Assembly: GCA_964016885.1 (NCBI GenBank) | Contig: OZ024745.1 | Location: 92,256,001-92,320,000, forward strand | Direction: 5' to 3' | Length of the DNA stretch: 64,000 nt | From: Eledone cirrhosa | Lineage: Eukaryota | Shown: one piece after another, positions 12,327 through 26,492 of the stretch | Position numbering within the stretch: the stretch's first letter is position 1 | Layout of the letters: each line of letters opens with the position of its first letter | Made by a program: the position numbers and the translations under genes | The notes under the pieces: generated by a model | What the model saw: only the letters and a program-made list of their open reading frames with translations | Databases searched by the model: none | Told to the model about the DNA's origin: nothing

Positions 12327-13942
12327 ATGTATTTCTACATGTTGAGTCCAATGTGTATGTGTCTTACATATTTCTACATGTTGAGTCCAATGTGTATGTG
12401 TCTTACATATTTCTACATGTTGAGTCCAATGTGTGTGTGTGTCTTACATATTTCTACATGTTGAGTCCAATGTGTGTGTCTAACATATTTCTACATGTTG
12501 AGTCCAATGTGTGTGTGTCTTACATATTTCTACATGTTGAGTCTAATGTGTATGTGTCTAACATATTTCTACATGTTGAGTCCAATGTGTGTGTGTCTTA
12601 CATATTTCTACATGGTGAGTCCAATGTGTATGTGTCTAACATATTTCTACATGTTGAGTCCAATGTGTGTGTGTCTAACATATTTCTACATGTTGAGTCC
12701 AATGTGTGTGTGTCTAACATATTTCTACATGTTGAGTCCAATGTGTATGTGTCTTACATATTTCTACATGTTGAGTCCAATGTGTATGTCTCTTACATAT
12801 TTCTACATGTTGAGTCCAATGTGTATGTGTCTTACATATTTCTACATGTTGAGTCCAATGTGTATGTGTCTAACATATTTCTACATGTTGAGTCCAATGT
12901 GTATGTGTCTAACATATTTCTACATGTTGAGTCCAATGTGTATGTGTCTAACATATTTCTACATGTTGAGTCCAATGTATGTGTCTTACATATTTCTACA
13001 TGTTGAGTCCAATGTGTATGTCTCTTACATATTTCTACATGTTGAGTCCAATGTGTATGTGTCTAACATATTTCTACATGTTGAGTCCAATGTATGTGTC
13101 TTACATATTTCTACATGTTGAGTCCAATGTGTATGTCTCTTACATATTTCTACATGTTGAGTCCAATGTGTATGTGTCTAACATATTTCTACATGTTGAG
13201 TCCAATGTATGTGTCTTACATATTTCTACATGTTGAGTCCAATGTGTATGTGTCTTACATATTTCTACATGTTGAGTCCAATGTGTATGTGTCTTACATA
13301 TTTCTACATGTTGAGTCCAATGTGTATGTCTCTTACATATTTTTACATGTTGAGTCCAATGTGTATGTCTCTTACATATTTCTACATGTTGAGTCCAATG
13401 TGTATGTGTCTTACATATTTCTACATGTTGAGTCCAATGTGTATGTCTCTTACATATTTCTACATGTTGAGTCCAATGTGTATGTGTCTAACATATTTCT
13501 ACATGTTGAGTCCAATGTATGTGTCTTACATATTTCTACATGTTGAGTCCAATGTGTATGTCTCTTACATATTTCTACATGTTGAGTCCAATGTGTATGT
13601 GTCTAACATATTTCTACATGTTGAGTCCAATGTATGTGTCTTACATATTTCTACATGTTGAGTCCAATGTGTATGTGTCTTACATATTTCTACATGTTGA
13701 GTCCAATGTGTATGTCTCTTACATATTTCTACATGTTGAGTCCAATGTGTATGTGTCTAACATATTTCTACATGTTGAGTCCAATGTGTATGTCTCTTAC
13801 ATATTTTTACATGTTGAGTCCAATGTGTATGTCTCTTACATATTTCTACATGTTGAGTCCAATGTGTATGTGTCTTACATATTTCTACATGTTGAGTCCA
13901 ATGTGTATGTGTCTTACATATTTCTACATGTTGAGTCCAATG
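12327..13942. repeat. 39-bp minisatellite (about 41 copies) with 37-bp variants
   Basis: Unit catatttctacatgttgagtccaatgtgtatgtgtctta. Confidence 0.97.
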
Positions 13943-14002
13943 TTTTCCGATTTTTTTCTACCATCCATGGTTTTCTTGCTTCAAAATAATAATGGCCGAT
14001 TA

Positions 14003-15738
14003 CACCGTGTAACAAAAAAAAAATGTTTTCTCTGTTCCTGGCTTGTAATCACTTTTTTTGTGTTGCTTAGGTCCCAAATAAATTTAAAAAAGTGCTATTA
14101 AACAGTTAAAAGTTTGGGTTTGTAAAAATTCTAAGCTATTCACTAGAATTATTTGTATGCTGGATTTTACGTTGTATGTAAGTTTAATTTGCTTATGTTA
14201 AATGATTTTTTTATATTATGTTTCAGGTTAAATTAAAATGATAAAATAAAGAGTAATACCTAAAGAAAATTATAAAAGTGCAATAAAGTATAAAATTGTT
14301 AAAAAGTGGATTAAAGAGATTTATTGATACTGGATTTTCGCACCCTGAATAAAGGGTAAGTTGTGTTTTAAGCATTCATCTCCAGGATGAAGCAGTGGAA
14401 CTTGGTCAAGGAGGAAGTGCAGGTGACAAGTCAGAGAAGTCGACACGAACCTTTCTCAGGCTTTTACACTCTTAGGGACGGCCTCTGCTTCTACCATGAC
14501 GTGCCTGGACTGTTTGACGTTATTGGGGTGCCGTTTGTGCCCAAGGAGTGGCGGCTATTTATAGACAGCTCCACCACAAGTTTGAAGGCTGTCCTCCTCC
14601 ACAATGGAAACAAGTTCCCGACACTGCCCCTAGCTCATTCAGTCTGCTTGAAGGAAGATTACTACAGTGTGAAAGTCCTCTTGGAAGCTCTGCAATACAA
14701 CCAGTACAATTGGGAAATCATTGGAGACTTTTAGATGGTGGCTTTCCTGCTTGGACTCCAAGGAGGCGTTATCAAATTCCAATGCTTCCTCTGCCTTTGG
14801 GACAGCAGAGCCACCTCTGACCACTACAAAAGAAAGAACTGGGAGCAGCGAACAGAATTTGTAGTTGGGACCCGGAACGTCATGTGGGAGCCACTGGTTG
14901 ATCCCAGGATTGTGCTCATGCCGCCACTGCACATTAAGTTGGGGTTGATGAAGCAGTTTGTGAAGGCTCTCAACCAAGAATCAGCCGCTTTTAAGTACCT
15001 TCTTGAGTTCTTCCCCAAGTTATCTGGGGCCAAAATCAAAGGTGGAATTTTTGTTGGACCTCAGATAAAGAAGGTGTTTGAGTCTACCGAGTTCTCCAAT
15101 AAGCTCAATAGGATTGTGAGAACAGCATGGAACTGTTTCAAGGCAGTTGTTAAGGGCTTCCTGGGCAACTACAGAGCTGAAAACTACCAGCAACTGGTGC
15201 AGGCTCTGATAAAGGCTTTTGGCGCCATGAGATGCAGGATGTCGCTTAAACTCCATATGCTGGACGCTCACCTGGAAAAATTCAAGGACAATATGGGCGC
15301 CTACTCAGAAGAACAAGGCGAACGATTCCACCAAGATGTGAAAGAGATAGAGCGGAAGTACCAGGGCCACTACAATGAAAAATGATGGGGGACTATATCT
15401 GGGGGCTAGTGCGGGAATGCGACCTGGACTACAACCGCAAATCCAGTCATGTCTGATGTGTATAAGTTGCTTTATAAGTGTTATTTGTTTTTACTTGTTT
15501 GCTTTTGATAAGCTTGTGTAATAAAAATAAATATATACTCTGTTGATTTAATTATATGAACTGATAAATTTTAAAAAAATGTGTTTTTTCTTGAAAAATA
15601 TGAAAATTTCGAAATATCAAACTTCTGACCACAAACCCAAACTTGTGATTAAATAATAGTGTTTTTTTATAATAATGGGATATAACAAACCAGGAAATGA
15701 TACTTAGAACCGTGGAACAAAAAATATGTTACACGGTG
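14003..15738 (+). mobile_element. Chapaev3-like (CMC) DNA transposon, internally deleted
   Basis: TIR CACCGTGTAACA..TGTTACACGGTG with 3-bp TSD TTA (14000-14002 and 15739-15741), plus a transposase remnant inside. Confidence 0.85.
14387..15440 (+). pseudogene. Chapaev3-type transposase, C-terminal half
   Basis: Motifs WRLFIDSS, GDF*MVAFLLGLQGG, PPLHIKLGLMKQFVKAL and SEEQGERFHQD. In-frame stop at 14732, frameshift near 15383, N-terminus missing. Confidence 0.85.
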
Positions 15739-15808
15739 TTATCAAAACCGACTAATCTTCAAAGTAGCCGATACCGATTATCTAAGGATTAGTCAGTACA
15801 AGTCTATT

Positions 15809-15876
<68 letters not shown>

Positions 15877-15882
15877 CAATCT

Positions 15883-15920
15883 TTCTTCTGATGAAAGACC
15901 AGCGTCCGAAACGTTAAGAC
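15883..15920 (+). ncRNA. Minimal hammerhead ribozyme motif in a solo PLE repeat
   Basis: tctt-CTGATGA-aagaccagcgtcc-GAAA-cg-TT-aaga. Same family as 58223-58260; flanked by (TA)n and (CA)n. Confidence 0.7.
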
Positions 15921-16036
15921 CATCTTTCTGCTATTTTAAGCGTTAAACTAGTAACTAGTATATTTTTTCCATGTACTCTGCCGTTCGTTTTGTTATTTTT
16001 GTTATTCCTGCTTACCTTTTACACACACACACACAC

Positions 16037-16107
<71 letters not shown>

Positions 16108-16615
16108 GTATATTTATATATGTGTATACACACACACACATATATATATATATAGTATTCTTTTACAACCAATTAGAGTGGGTGTGCTGTGTCAGAGACA
16201 TAAAGAATGTTCCAGAGAATGACTTAGGAGTTAACCGTTATATGACAATGTTATAATGTTATAAAGGAAAAGGGATTGTTTTTAAAGTTTTTCTATATAA
16301 ATATTATTTATGTTGGTTTTATATATCAAAATGTGATGAACTTTAAACAAAAAACGAAAATGTAACCATTTCTCTATTAACAACATATGGTTAGCTTTTT
16401 TTTTCTTTTTTTTTAATGGAGTACAGTGTAGAAATACCAAGGCATCAAAATGTTTTCAGCTACGCAAATAGTATATAATTATGTTCTAGTTTCCTAGCAA
16501 GCTTCCCATTCCGACATAGGGGTGTGGACAAATTATATATATATATATATTTTTTTTTTCGCATGTTTTGTATTCTTTTGGGTTATTGTTTTATATATAC
16601 ATTATTATTATCATT

Positions 16616-17405
16616 AGGTGGTGGATCGGCAGAATCGGTAGAGGGTCGGAGGCCATGATTTGCAAGCATGCTGTTACGGTCCTTTACGTTCAAATCCCGC
16701 TGAGGTTAGCTTGGCCTTTCAGTCTACGGGGTCGATAAAATAAACTACCAGTAATGCACTGAGGTCGATTTAATCGACTTTCCTCTCCCCCAAAATTGCT
16801 GGCCTTGTGCCTATATAAAAAACCATTATTAGGGCGAGGAAGGGCGGTGGATTGGCAGTATCGGTAGAGGGTCGGACGCCATGCTTTTCAGCATAGAGTT
16901 ATGGCCCTTTACGGTCTGAGTTCAAATCCCGCCGAGGTTAACTTTGCCTTTCATCCTTACGGGGTCGATAAAATAAAGTACCAGTAATGTACTGGGGTTG
17001 ATTTAATCGACTTTCCCCTCTCTCTCCTAAAATTGCTGGCCTTGTGCCTAAAATAGAAACAATTATTATTATTACCATTCTTACGGAGTCGATACAATAA
17101 AGCACCAGTAATCCACTGGGGTCGATTTGGTCCACTTTCCCAGTTCCCTTCCAATTGCTAGCCTTATGCCAAATGTAGAAACAATTATTATTATTTTATC
17201 ATTATTATTTTTTGTTGGCAGTATCGGTAGAGGGTCGGACGCCATGCTTTCCAGCATAGTTACGTCCCTTTACGATCTGAGTTCAAATCCCGCCGAGGTT
17301 GACTTTGCCTTTCATCCTTACGAGGTAGATAAAATAAAGTACCAGTAATGCACTGGGTAATTGCTGGCCTTGTGCCTAAAGTAGAAACAATTATTTTATC
17401 ATTAT
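16616..17405 (+). mobile_element. Tandem cluster of about 4 SINE family A copies
   Basis: Repeated heads ggcggtggattggcagtatcggtagag, cores and ATT tails. Confidence 0.88.
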
Positions 17406-17729
17406 TATTTTTTTGTACATGCAGTTCTAATCTGGTGCTTTTAGTATAAATACCCCGCCCTTGTGATTGCCTGTAAATAACTTTTATAGCTCACCATATC
17501 GCTGTTATTTACACTGAGTCCCGGACTCTTTTAGATGCCACCATGACAAAAAAATAAAATAATTATAAATAAATAATCGTGCATGAAAACCGATAACTAA
17601 CGATAACAGCGTTCTTGTTATCCTCTCTCTATTGCATGTTTATCCTTCTCTTTCTCTCTCTATCCCCCCCCCTCTCTCTCCCTACGCCATTCTCACCCCT
17701 TCTATATCATACACATATGCATGAATAGA

Positions 17730-18091
<362 letters not shown>

Positions 18092-18673
18092 GACTACGGA
18101 AACAAAAAGTGTGTTCGACTTAAATAGTTTTGCATGAGTAAAGAATTGTTTTAAAAGTAAGAAAGAATTTCTCCTAATATGGGCATTTATTTTATTTTAT
18201 TTATTCCTTTATTTATTGAGATAGCGATGACATCATTGAAAAGTTCTTCACTCGAAATGTGTCATCAGATTCCTATATAATTCTGTAAGCGATATTCGCT
18301 GTTGAAAGAAATAACTTATTTTTTCTTCTTGTGGTTGTTTAATATAGTAATTAATATACAGAAATGCTGCTGCCAGAATTCTGATGATATTAGATAAAAT
18401 TATTTTTCTTCTGAGCCCTTGAGAAGATACAAGCCCTTTCTATAACACAAGTCTCCTTCTCTAGTTAGGTTCCAGATGAAACCTCTTGAATATCTCATTA
18501 AACTGATTCCTGGAGGTTGATAATGATGGGTATGGAGAATATTTGGTTGTGAAACTGTCATTACATAACATGAGTATAAGAAAACATTCTATCGTATTAT
18601 ATACATGTAAAAATATATTTCAGATAATATCATATATTTTCATTAGCTCTGACAGTTGGCAGGTAAGCAGTAA

Positions 18674-18720
18674 ACTGCACTGATGAAGGATAATCACACA
18701 GAAACATTAGTGTCTGCAGT
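18674..18720 (+). ncRNA. Hammerhead ribozyme motif (type I)
   Basis: actgca-CTGATGA-(weak stem II)-GAAA-cattagt-GTC-tgcagt, giving a 6-bp stem I and a GUC site. Confidence 0.65.
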
Positions 18721-19228
18721 ACTGTTTGCATGCCAACACAAGAGCGAGAATGAAGGGCTCATTCTACCGACATGGCTTATAAAAGAGGCTGTTTGCATAA
18801 TTGCAAACGAACCGAATATTATTATTAATATTTGAAAACCTCAGATTACGTTTATTGTATTCAGCCATGTAGAGCGATAACTAGTTGTTAGTTATCTATC
18901 TCGGGCGGCTAAAATTCCCAAGATTAATTTGTCTCAGAGACAGCTGATTCATCATCCACTGGCCATCCTTGTGGCTCTAAACTAGCAGAATCATAACGAC
19001 CAGACTGCTCCTTGACAGTGTAATTAGGGGCTCTAACCCTAGCGCTGTTAAATCAACTCTCGATGGTTCTTTTCAATACCTTACCGGCGCCACTCGAATA
19101 AGGTAATCATTTAACCCATAAATGGTGCCCTACTCCGGGCCAAAGCAGACCTGGGTATGACATTAAACTGCATCCAGTGGCAAGGCTCCAGTAACTCCGG
19201 GGAATATGGAGTTACCCCTTAGTTGTAG

Positions 19229-19267
<39 letters not shown>

Positions 19268-20240
19268 ATTTTCCAGAAAGCCAGTTGGTTTTGACGGAGC
19301 TGCAGTCTTGTTCTGCTGTCAGGATCTCTTAGACTCTTCTGATTCTGGTTTTACGGTTTATAGTAGATATATGATCACTAAAATTAATTAATTAAAATTA
19401 CACATGTTATAGAAAACATTAATTAACATTATTGTTAATTCTTTTAAAGAAAAGCAAGAAAAACATCTTCGCGATCCAAATTGCTTAAAAATTGAATGTT
19501 TCGGTTTTATTTGACCTCCCCACCGAAACATAATCTTAGTTGTACTTTCGAGACCGTAGAATGACCGTGACGATACAAGATTTGAGTGAAAAACATTCAT
19601 TGATTGAGCAATTTAAAATAATTACAAGGCAAACATTCCTAGGGATGCCTTCTATGCATTAAGTTCTATAGTTAATTGGGGTATAACACACTTATTGCAG
19701 TTAGCGAATGAGAATTAGAGTTAATATAGAGAATGCGTAGGTTATATAATCATGGAGGACATCCATTGTTGGGTTTGATTTCAGTGACTTTCGAGTGAAA
19801 TAATTGATAATTTGCTGAAGTTCTTGTCTTTGCAATGCTACCTGGATCGCTGCCAATTTGAGATAATCACCATAGAGTCGTTAGCTAAACTTGCTGAGTA
19901 CATAACTAGATAAATAATGTATGTGTGGAAACTCTTTCATGTTCTCTTGTCGATGAGATTATATCGAACTTTTGGTAATACATGTAAAATCTATCAAACT
20001 TTTGATAGAATAGGTCTAACTATGTGGTGTATCTGTGCTTAGTACAAGAAATATATGCAGGAACTCACTTTTCCAATATAAACCTTTATAAATTCATTGA
20101 ATGTCAAAGTAGGTGGTTTTTATTCATGTTGAAAATATATGAAAAGTTCATGAAACAACTTAGTACGACCTAATGGATTAGATTTAGTTGTTGTTATTGT
20201 TGGTGATTGTGTTGGGCTAACCAAATATATTTGTCTAGAT

Positions 20241-20559
20241 CAAGGGTGTGCAACATATTCCATTGGCAGGCCACCTTTGAACATTGGAACTACTATTAGG
20301 ACCATTACTATTTATTAAACACTATTCCAAAGATTCACCACAACTTCTTTCCATAACATGGAACTGGGAAATTATAACACACATAACCCTATCAGTGAAG
20401 CCCTTTAGTATAGTTCAACTAACAGAAAATTGTATTACGGTAACGAAAACATTTCTAAATAAGCCTACAAGGTAAAAATTAAAAACGGTAATCGCGGGCC
20501 ACTCTGACTGCTCTGGCGGGCCGGATTGTGGCCCGCAGGCTGCCTGTTGCACGCCCCTG
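20241..20559. mobile_element. hAT-type MITE
   Basis: Termini caagggtgtgcaac and gttgcacgcccctg, with GCGGGCC subterminal motifs. The TSD is not preserved. Confidence 0.7.
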
Positions 20560-21569
20560 ATCACTGTAGAATGTTTTAGCTATATATTATAATAACATCA
20601 TCTGGTTGGTTGTATTCTTGAAAACTTTTAGCTCATTCCCAATGCCTGATATAGACGTGGGGAAATCTCAGGTTTCACAAAAATTTAAGCTTGCGCTTTT
20701 TTTAGGCCTCCGCGGATGCGAAGCACGAGGCGGTAGCTTGTTTATGTTATAACTAAATCCGGTACGGGACGTTCATATACACACAATACATCATTAATGT
20801 TCAGTTTTGCTTATGTCGTATACGGACAATTGATAGTTTGAATATCTTATTTCAAGAAGTCAGTGATAGTAAATATAAGAAAAAGGCGTTAGTGAATTTC
20901 CTGCCCTTATTTTAACCCAGTATGTAGATAAGTGATTATTTCTTTGACTTTAAGCCTCCCCTTAGGTAATGATTTTTTCTTCAACGTAGGATATTGTTAA
21001 ATGGAGATTAATTTTTAAAACTACCGACATTATGTGTAGATTAATTCGGCTGTAATCACAGCCCTTCAGCATCATCTAAAGCAGGGAATCATCAGGTTAC
21101 GTGTCTCATGGTATTTAATCCCTCTGCACTCTGTGGTTCAAATTCCATCGAAGTCAACTTTACCTTTCATCCTTTCGGGATCAGTAAATAAAGGACCAAT
21201 CCAGAGCAATGGATTGATGGAATTATTAGAGCGTAGAATTTGATGCCTCTCGGTATCTTTTTCGACTTTTTATGTTATGATCCCACCTGCGACGTCATTG
21301 GTACCAACCTGTATCGATCCTTTCCCTCCCTTTAAACAAAATTGGGGGCTTGGAGTGTGGAGATTTGCATGCATATAAGAGGAACGTTCCACTTGCGGAT
21401 CCATGATCTCACTAGACATATAGAGACCCCGGGTTAATATCATCTTATTGATCAGGTACTGGTACATACAGTTATAGAACCAAGCTTATTATAGAACTTA
21501 CACAATCTCATGTTTTCTTTTTTTCTTAATTTGACCTTGTATCAAATAATAAGGTTCACCTTTAAAAAT

Positions 21570-21716
21570 AGTTGTTTCTACTTTTGGCACAAGGCCAGCA
21601 ATTACCCCAGTGCATTACTGGTGCTTTATTTTATCGACTCAGTAAAGATGAAAGGCAAAGTTAACCTCGGCAGGATTTGAACTCAGAACGTAAAGGTCCA
21701 TAACGCTATGCTGCAA
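21570..21716 (-). mobile_element. SINE family A
   Basis: Reverse complement of the family core and tail. Confidence 0.8.
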
Positions 21717-22109
21717 AAAAATAATGATAGACCTTTTTATTATTACCAGCGGAATAAAATAAAGTACCAGTAACGTACTGGGGTCGATTTAATTGACATT
21801 CCCCCTCCCCCAAAATTGCTGACCTTGTGCTTATATAAGAAACCATTATTACCAGCTAAAATTTTCTTTTATAAATGTTCGTATTTTCATTTTGATGCAT
21901 AAATTGTTCCACTATGTTAAACATTATTATATGTTCCAGCCAACAGGCTAAGGCCATGCTGGGGCAGCGCCATTGTATACGTATTTTTGATTTCGTTCCA
22001 TATTTACTATAAATTTGATGAAATCGTAGCACTGGAACACACGTCGTGACCATCTGAGTAACATAAAAATATTATGTCATTTGATATTTCCCACTTTACA
22101 TTTCATGTG

Positions 22110-22250
22110 AAGGCGCATGGCTTAGTGGTTAGAACATTGGGCTTGCAATCGAAAGGTTGTGAGTTCAATTCTCGGACCGGGTAATGTGTTGTATCCTTGA
22201 GCAAGACACTTTATTTCACGTTGCTCCAATTTACTCAGCTATAGAAAGGA
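22110..22250 (+). mobile_element. tRNA-derived SINE family B
   Basis: Box A tggcttagtgg, box B gagttcaattc, then ccttgagcaagacactt. Reverse copies near 37655-37760 and 53135-53248. Confidence 0.75.
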
Positions 22251-22557
22251 GATGATAGGACTGAGATCCCTATAATTAAAATCACCCAAGACACCTCCAA
22301 CGAGATATACATTGGAGGAGGCCAGCTAAACCTGCATAGGTGTCTGTCTGTCTGTCATTTTACATTTCAGGTTGTTTCTAAAGACTTTTTTTTTAAAGAA
22401 CTTTTTATTGTTTTATTTTACTTTGGTATATTTGATATTCTTCTGTGGCAGATTGTTATGACTCAGTTGCAATATGTTAGTTTGTGGCTCCTTTTTCTAA
22501 GTAGGCATGTAGCCTAAGATTTTAAAGATGTGAAATATACTGTGTGATGTTGAAGTA

Positions 22558-22735
22558 CATTAGTAATGTAACATATAGTTAGAATAACATTAGTAATGTA
22601 ACATGTAGCTAGAATGGCATTAGTGGTGTAATATGTAGCTAGAATAACATTAGTAATGTAACATGTAGATAGAATAACATTAGTAATGTAACATGTAGCT
22701 AGAATCACATTAGTAATGCAACATGTAGCTATAAT
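22558..22735. repeat. 30-bp tandem repeat, about 6 copies
   Basis: Unit cattagtaatgtaacatgtagctagaataa. Confidence 0.9.
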
Positions 22736-22974
22736 CGCCAGTAAAAAATGCGCTGTAAGCACCATTACACTTAACTATACAAACACGAGCCGTAGAAGAA
22801 GATGTCTATGTGGTTAATCGACAAGCTAAAAATGGCAGTCAAATTTTCTTTCAAATCAGATCTCAATGGGTTAATTAATACAGGACACATTGGATAATGT
22901 AGTCCTCGATGTGTCATGACTGAAAATAAGACTGAATGTCCATAGCTGGAAAACTTTTGATCATGTCAGATTTG

Positions 22975-23208
22975 AGCAACAAGAACACTAACAGCAGCAT
23001 TATCAACAGCAGCAGTAGCAGCAACAGTAGTAGTAGTAGCAGCAACAACAGCAATAACAATAACACACTAACAGCAACAGCAACAACAGCAGCAGCAGCA
23101 ACAACAATAACAGCAACAGCAGTAGTAGCAGCATTAGTATCAGCAGCAACAGCAACAATAACAACAACAGTAGCAATAACCTCAACAAAAATAACAATAG
23201 CAACAACT
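22975..23208. repeat. Degenerate (CAG/CAA/TAG)n trinucleotide tract
   Basis: Seen directly; it follows a SINE-like 3' tail. Confidence 0.85.
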
Positions 23209-23687
23209 ATGTAGACATCCCAGTATCAAGATGAAAGGTCATCCATTGTATTGAAGCCTAATTTAAGACTTCAGTGTCACAAATTGAAATGATTATAGTT
23301 TAAAAATAAATATATATAATAATAATAATGAGTTGATGTAATAATATACAACATGGCGGCTAATCTCACAATAAACTAAATATGTTTTCCTTGTCAAAAC
23401 TATTTCACTTACTTTACAAATATCCTTGAGAAATGTGTATAACTTTTCAATTCCAATTACTTGCGCCAAGCTAACTTTGATATGTAAACTCGGGGCGTTT
23501 GTTGTGTATTCTAATTTTTTGTGTATGAGCCCCTAACCTGAAGTGCTACGGGCTCCCCAAGGTCTAAATCCGACCTTGCGTGAGTGAAAAATAAGTTTGA
23601 GAGCCACTATTGTATGATATATAGTTATTAAATATATTAGTATTGTATGGAGCCGTAACTCCTGATAGACTTATTATTATGGCTATG

Positions 23688-23995
23688 GTTTGGCAGTATC
23701 AGTAGAGCGTCGGACAAAATTGCTGGCCTTGTGCCTATCGTAGAAATTATTATTATAGAATTACCTGGGGCAGTGGATTGGCAGAATCGTTAGAGAGTCG
23801 GACAAAATGCTTTGTAGCATATAATTACGGTTCTTTTACGTTCTGAGTTCAAATCTCGCTAGGGTTTAGCCTTGTCTTTTATCCTTACGCGGTCAATAAA
23901 TAAAGTACCACTAATGCACTGGGGGTCGATTTAATTGACTTTCCTCTTCCTTTCAAATTGCTGGACTTGTGTCTATAGTAGAAACAATTATTATA
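23688..23995 (+). mobile_element. SINE family A, one deleted and one full copy
   Basis: Head, core and tail homology. Confidence 0.8.
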
Positions 23996-24496
23996 GAATT
24001 ACCTGTCCCAACTTTTGTATTGATCACGTTTCCTAGGTAACAGAATTTAATTACGAACTTGCTATCGTTCTGCATTATGATTAGAAATAGAATATATCAC
24101 CACAGCAATGATTTCTAAACACTTGAAGAGCAGGTTTTTATGGTCCATTTATTAGTAATACACCTGCGTCGTTGCCAATGAATGTATGTGCAATTTTGTT
24201 GGGCAAGAAAAGGCCAACGATTTGACGTCAATGTTCTGAGAACTTAATTATGCATAGACTTGCTTTCAAATTGCTGGTCTGAAATGTGTTTAGCTCTTCT
24301 GTGTTTTGGTAATCACATCACTTGTTTTCTTGGGGAACAGTTTCTAGCGGGAGACTATAAAACAAATATGGAATCGATATGAAAACAATTTTAGAAATTA
24401 ATCTTAATGACTACTTATCAATCCAATCAAATATCTCTACGTGGTGTCACGACTTGCTAGAAATAGCAGTCAGACCTCCTTCAAATTATATCACAT

Positions 24497-24683
24497 TGGA
24501 TTGGCAGTATCGGTAGAAGGTATGATGCCACTCTTTGCAACAAAGAGTTACGGCCCTTTATGGTCTGAGTTCAAATCTCGCCGAGGTTAACTTTGCCTTT
24601 CATCGTTACGGGGTCGATAAAATAAAGTACCAGTAATACACTGGGATAATTGCTGGCCTTGTGCCAAAAGTAGAAACAATTAT
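24497..24683 (+). mobile_element. SINE family A
   Basis: Head, core and tail homology. Confidence 0.82.
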
Positions 24684-25178
24684 CTTTAAACAGCAAAGAT
24701 TCATCGAAAATGCTGTCTTGGATGCATACAGGATGGGTACTTTGGAACTCTTTTGATTATTGATCGGTTCAATTACAGCTGAACTGGGGCTAAGAATGGA
24801 CCTCCTCACCTTTGATTATTAAGACCATGGTACACACGTACCGTTTACGTGGGACCAGTTACCTTGTATGTATAAATGATCAGAGATTCACGAAGCAGAT
24901 GTCATATAGTGAGCTTGTATGAGGAAAATAGCCTCAGCACAAACCAATGCTATGGTTTAAGAACTGTGTGAAGTCCTCTTTGAAAGTATTTGAAACGCGT
25001 GAGGAAAACTATAGAAGGCGTTAAGGGAGAAAACGTGTAAGCAATAGTGTTTATGTTTTTTGAAAAAAATACGAATCTTGTACAGAATTTAAGCGAGTCG
25101 TACAAAAGGATATAATTTGTGAAATGGCTGGGGTAAACTTGATCAGTGGTATTTGCGGTCATATATGTGTTTCCAAGA

Positions 25179-25508
25179 GGCGGCGAATTGGCAAAGTCGT
25201 TAGAACGTCAGATAGAATGCTTTATGGTATTCGTTCCAGCTCTCTGCTCTCTGAGTTCAAATCCCACCAAGGTCAACTTTGTCTTTCATCCTTTCGAGGT
25301 GGATAAAAAAAATACCAGTGTAATACTGCAGTCGATTCTTTTTCTATATCTCTTTCTCATTTCCTCTCTCTCACTTTCTATCTTTCTCTGGAAGAAATCT
25401 GCTGCACTCAGACCTGGAGAGAGATGGGCTCCATCAGGCTTAAAATGACCAAGAAACGCCATATGTCAATACGGCGCCCCTACGACTTTATCAAAAGTTA
25501 CAGGACCA
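25179..25508 (+). mobile_element. SINE family A variant with an alternative 3' tail
   Basis: tRNA head and core are followed by ctctggaagaaatctg..cagacc. The same join occurs at about 36400-36670. Confidence 0.6.
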
Positions 25509-25542
25509 TACATACATACATACATACATACATACATACATA

Positions 25543-25905
25543 GTGGCTGCCAACTCGTTTTCGAGTACGGCCACTACTTTATATCCATGTAGGAGAACCC
25601 CTACCGATGCGCTGAACGAGTGTGACTGTTTAGTCCAGCCAGCGACTTGAAAACTCTGGTACAAACACTACACTTGTGACAATTATTGACACATAGTGCT
25701 GGGCCCATGGTACCATGTGACGACAAATGCAGAGAGATCTCCAGATATAAAGCAATGCCTGTGCCGTGAAGCTTTTATAGTGAGCAAAGGCACTGCACAA
25801 AGCTAGTCCCACTCTCTTAACCAAGATGATATTTACCAAAAAGAAGAACAAGTCAACATCATTGGATACCATCAGAGTTGCAGGTGTTATATCAGAGTTT
25901 TCCAT
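25543..25905 (-). mobile_element. RTE-derived short element, 5'-truncated copy
   Basis: Near-identical reverse complement of 5626-5988, with (ATAC)n on both flanks. Confidence 0.8.
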
Positions 25906-26281
25906 ACATACATATTAACATACATACATACATGTATTTCCAAGACAGGCCTAATTAGTAAACAACGAATTCAAAGAATAGAAAAACAAAGGTGACTACA
26001 GTAAATCCATGACAATAGATTGTGTAACATTTAGATCATGTGGGAAGATCTGGAAGTCGATGGTGGTATAAAACGGCACAATACCATATATACATCAGAA
26101 TAAATTTCTACATACTGATGTGTACGTATGTAGCTTTGTAAGGTCTAACAAAACTAACATAAGACATGTAGGCATCTGGCGGGTTTAAAGAGCCACTGTC
26201 CTAAATACGATTCTGTTAATGATGATCTTCAGACACAAGTGGACAGCCATGATACACACACACACACACGCGCGCGCATAC

Positions 26282-26431
<150 letters not shown>

Positions 26432-26492
26432 GTGTGTGTGAGTATGTATTTATGTATGTATATATATTTATATATATGTGTGTATATATATA

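Noticed and set aside
12299-14101. Repetitive ORFs and a CRISPR-like appearance of the 39-bp array (also the arrays at 1-492 and 43829-44954)
   Set aside because: Units are contiguous with no unique spacers, there are no cas genes, and the context is eukaryotic.
22110-22185. tRNA gene
   Set aside because: Box A and box B run into a SINE body; there is no clean cloverleaf.
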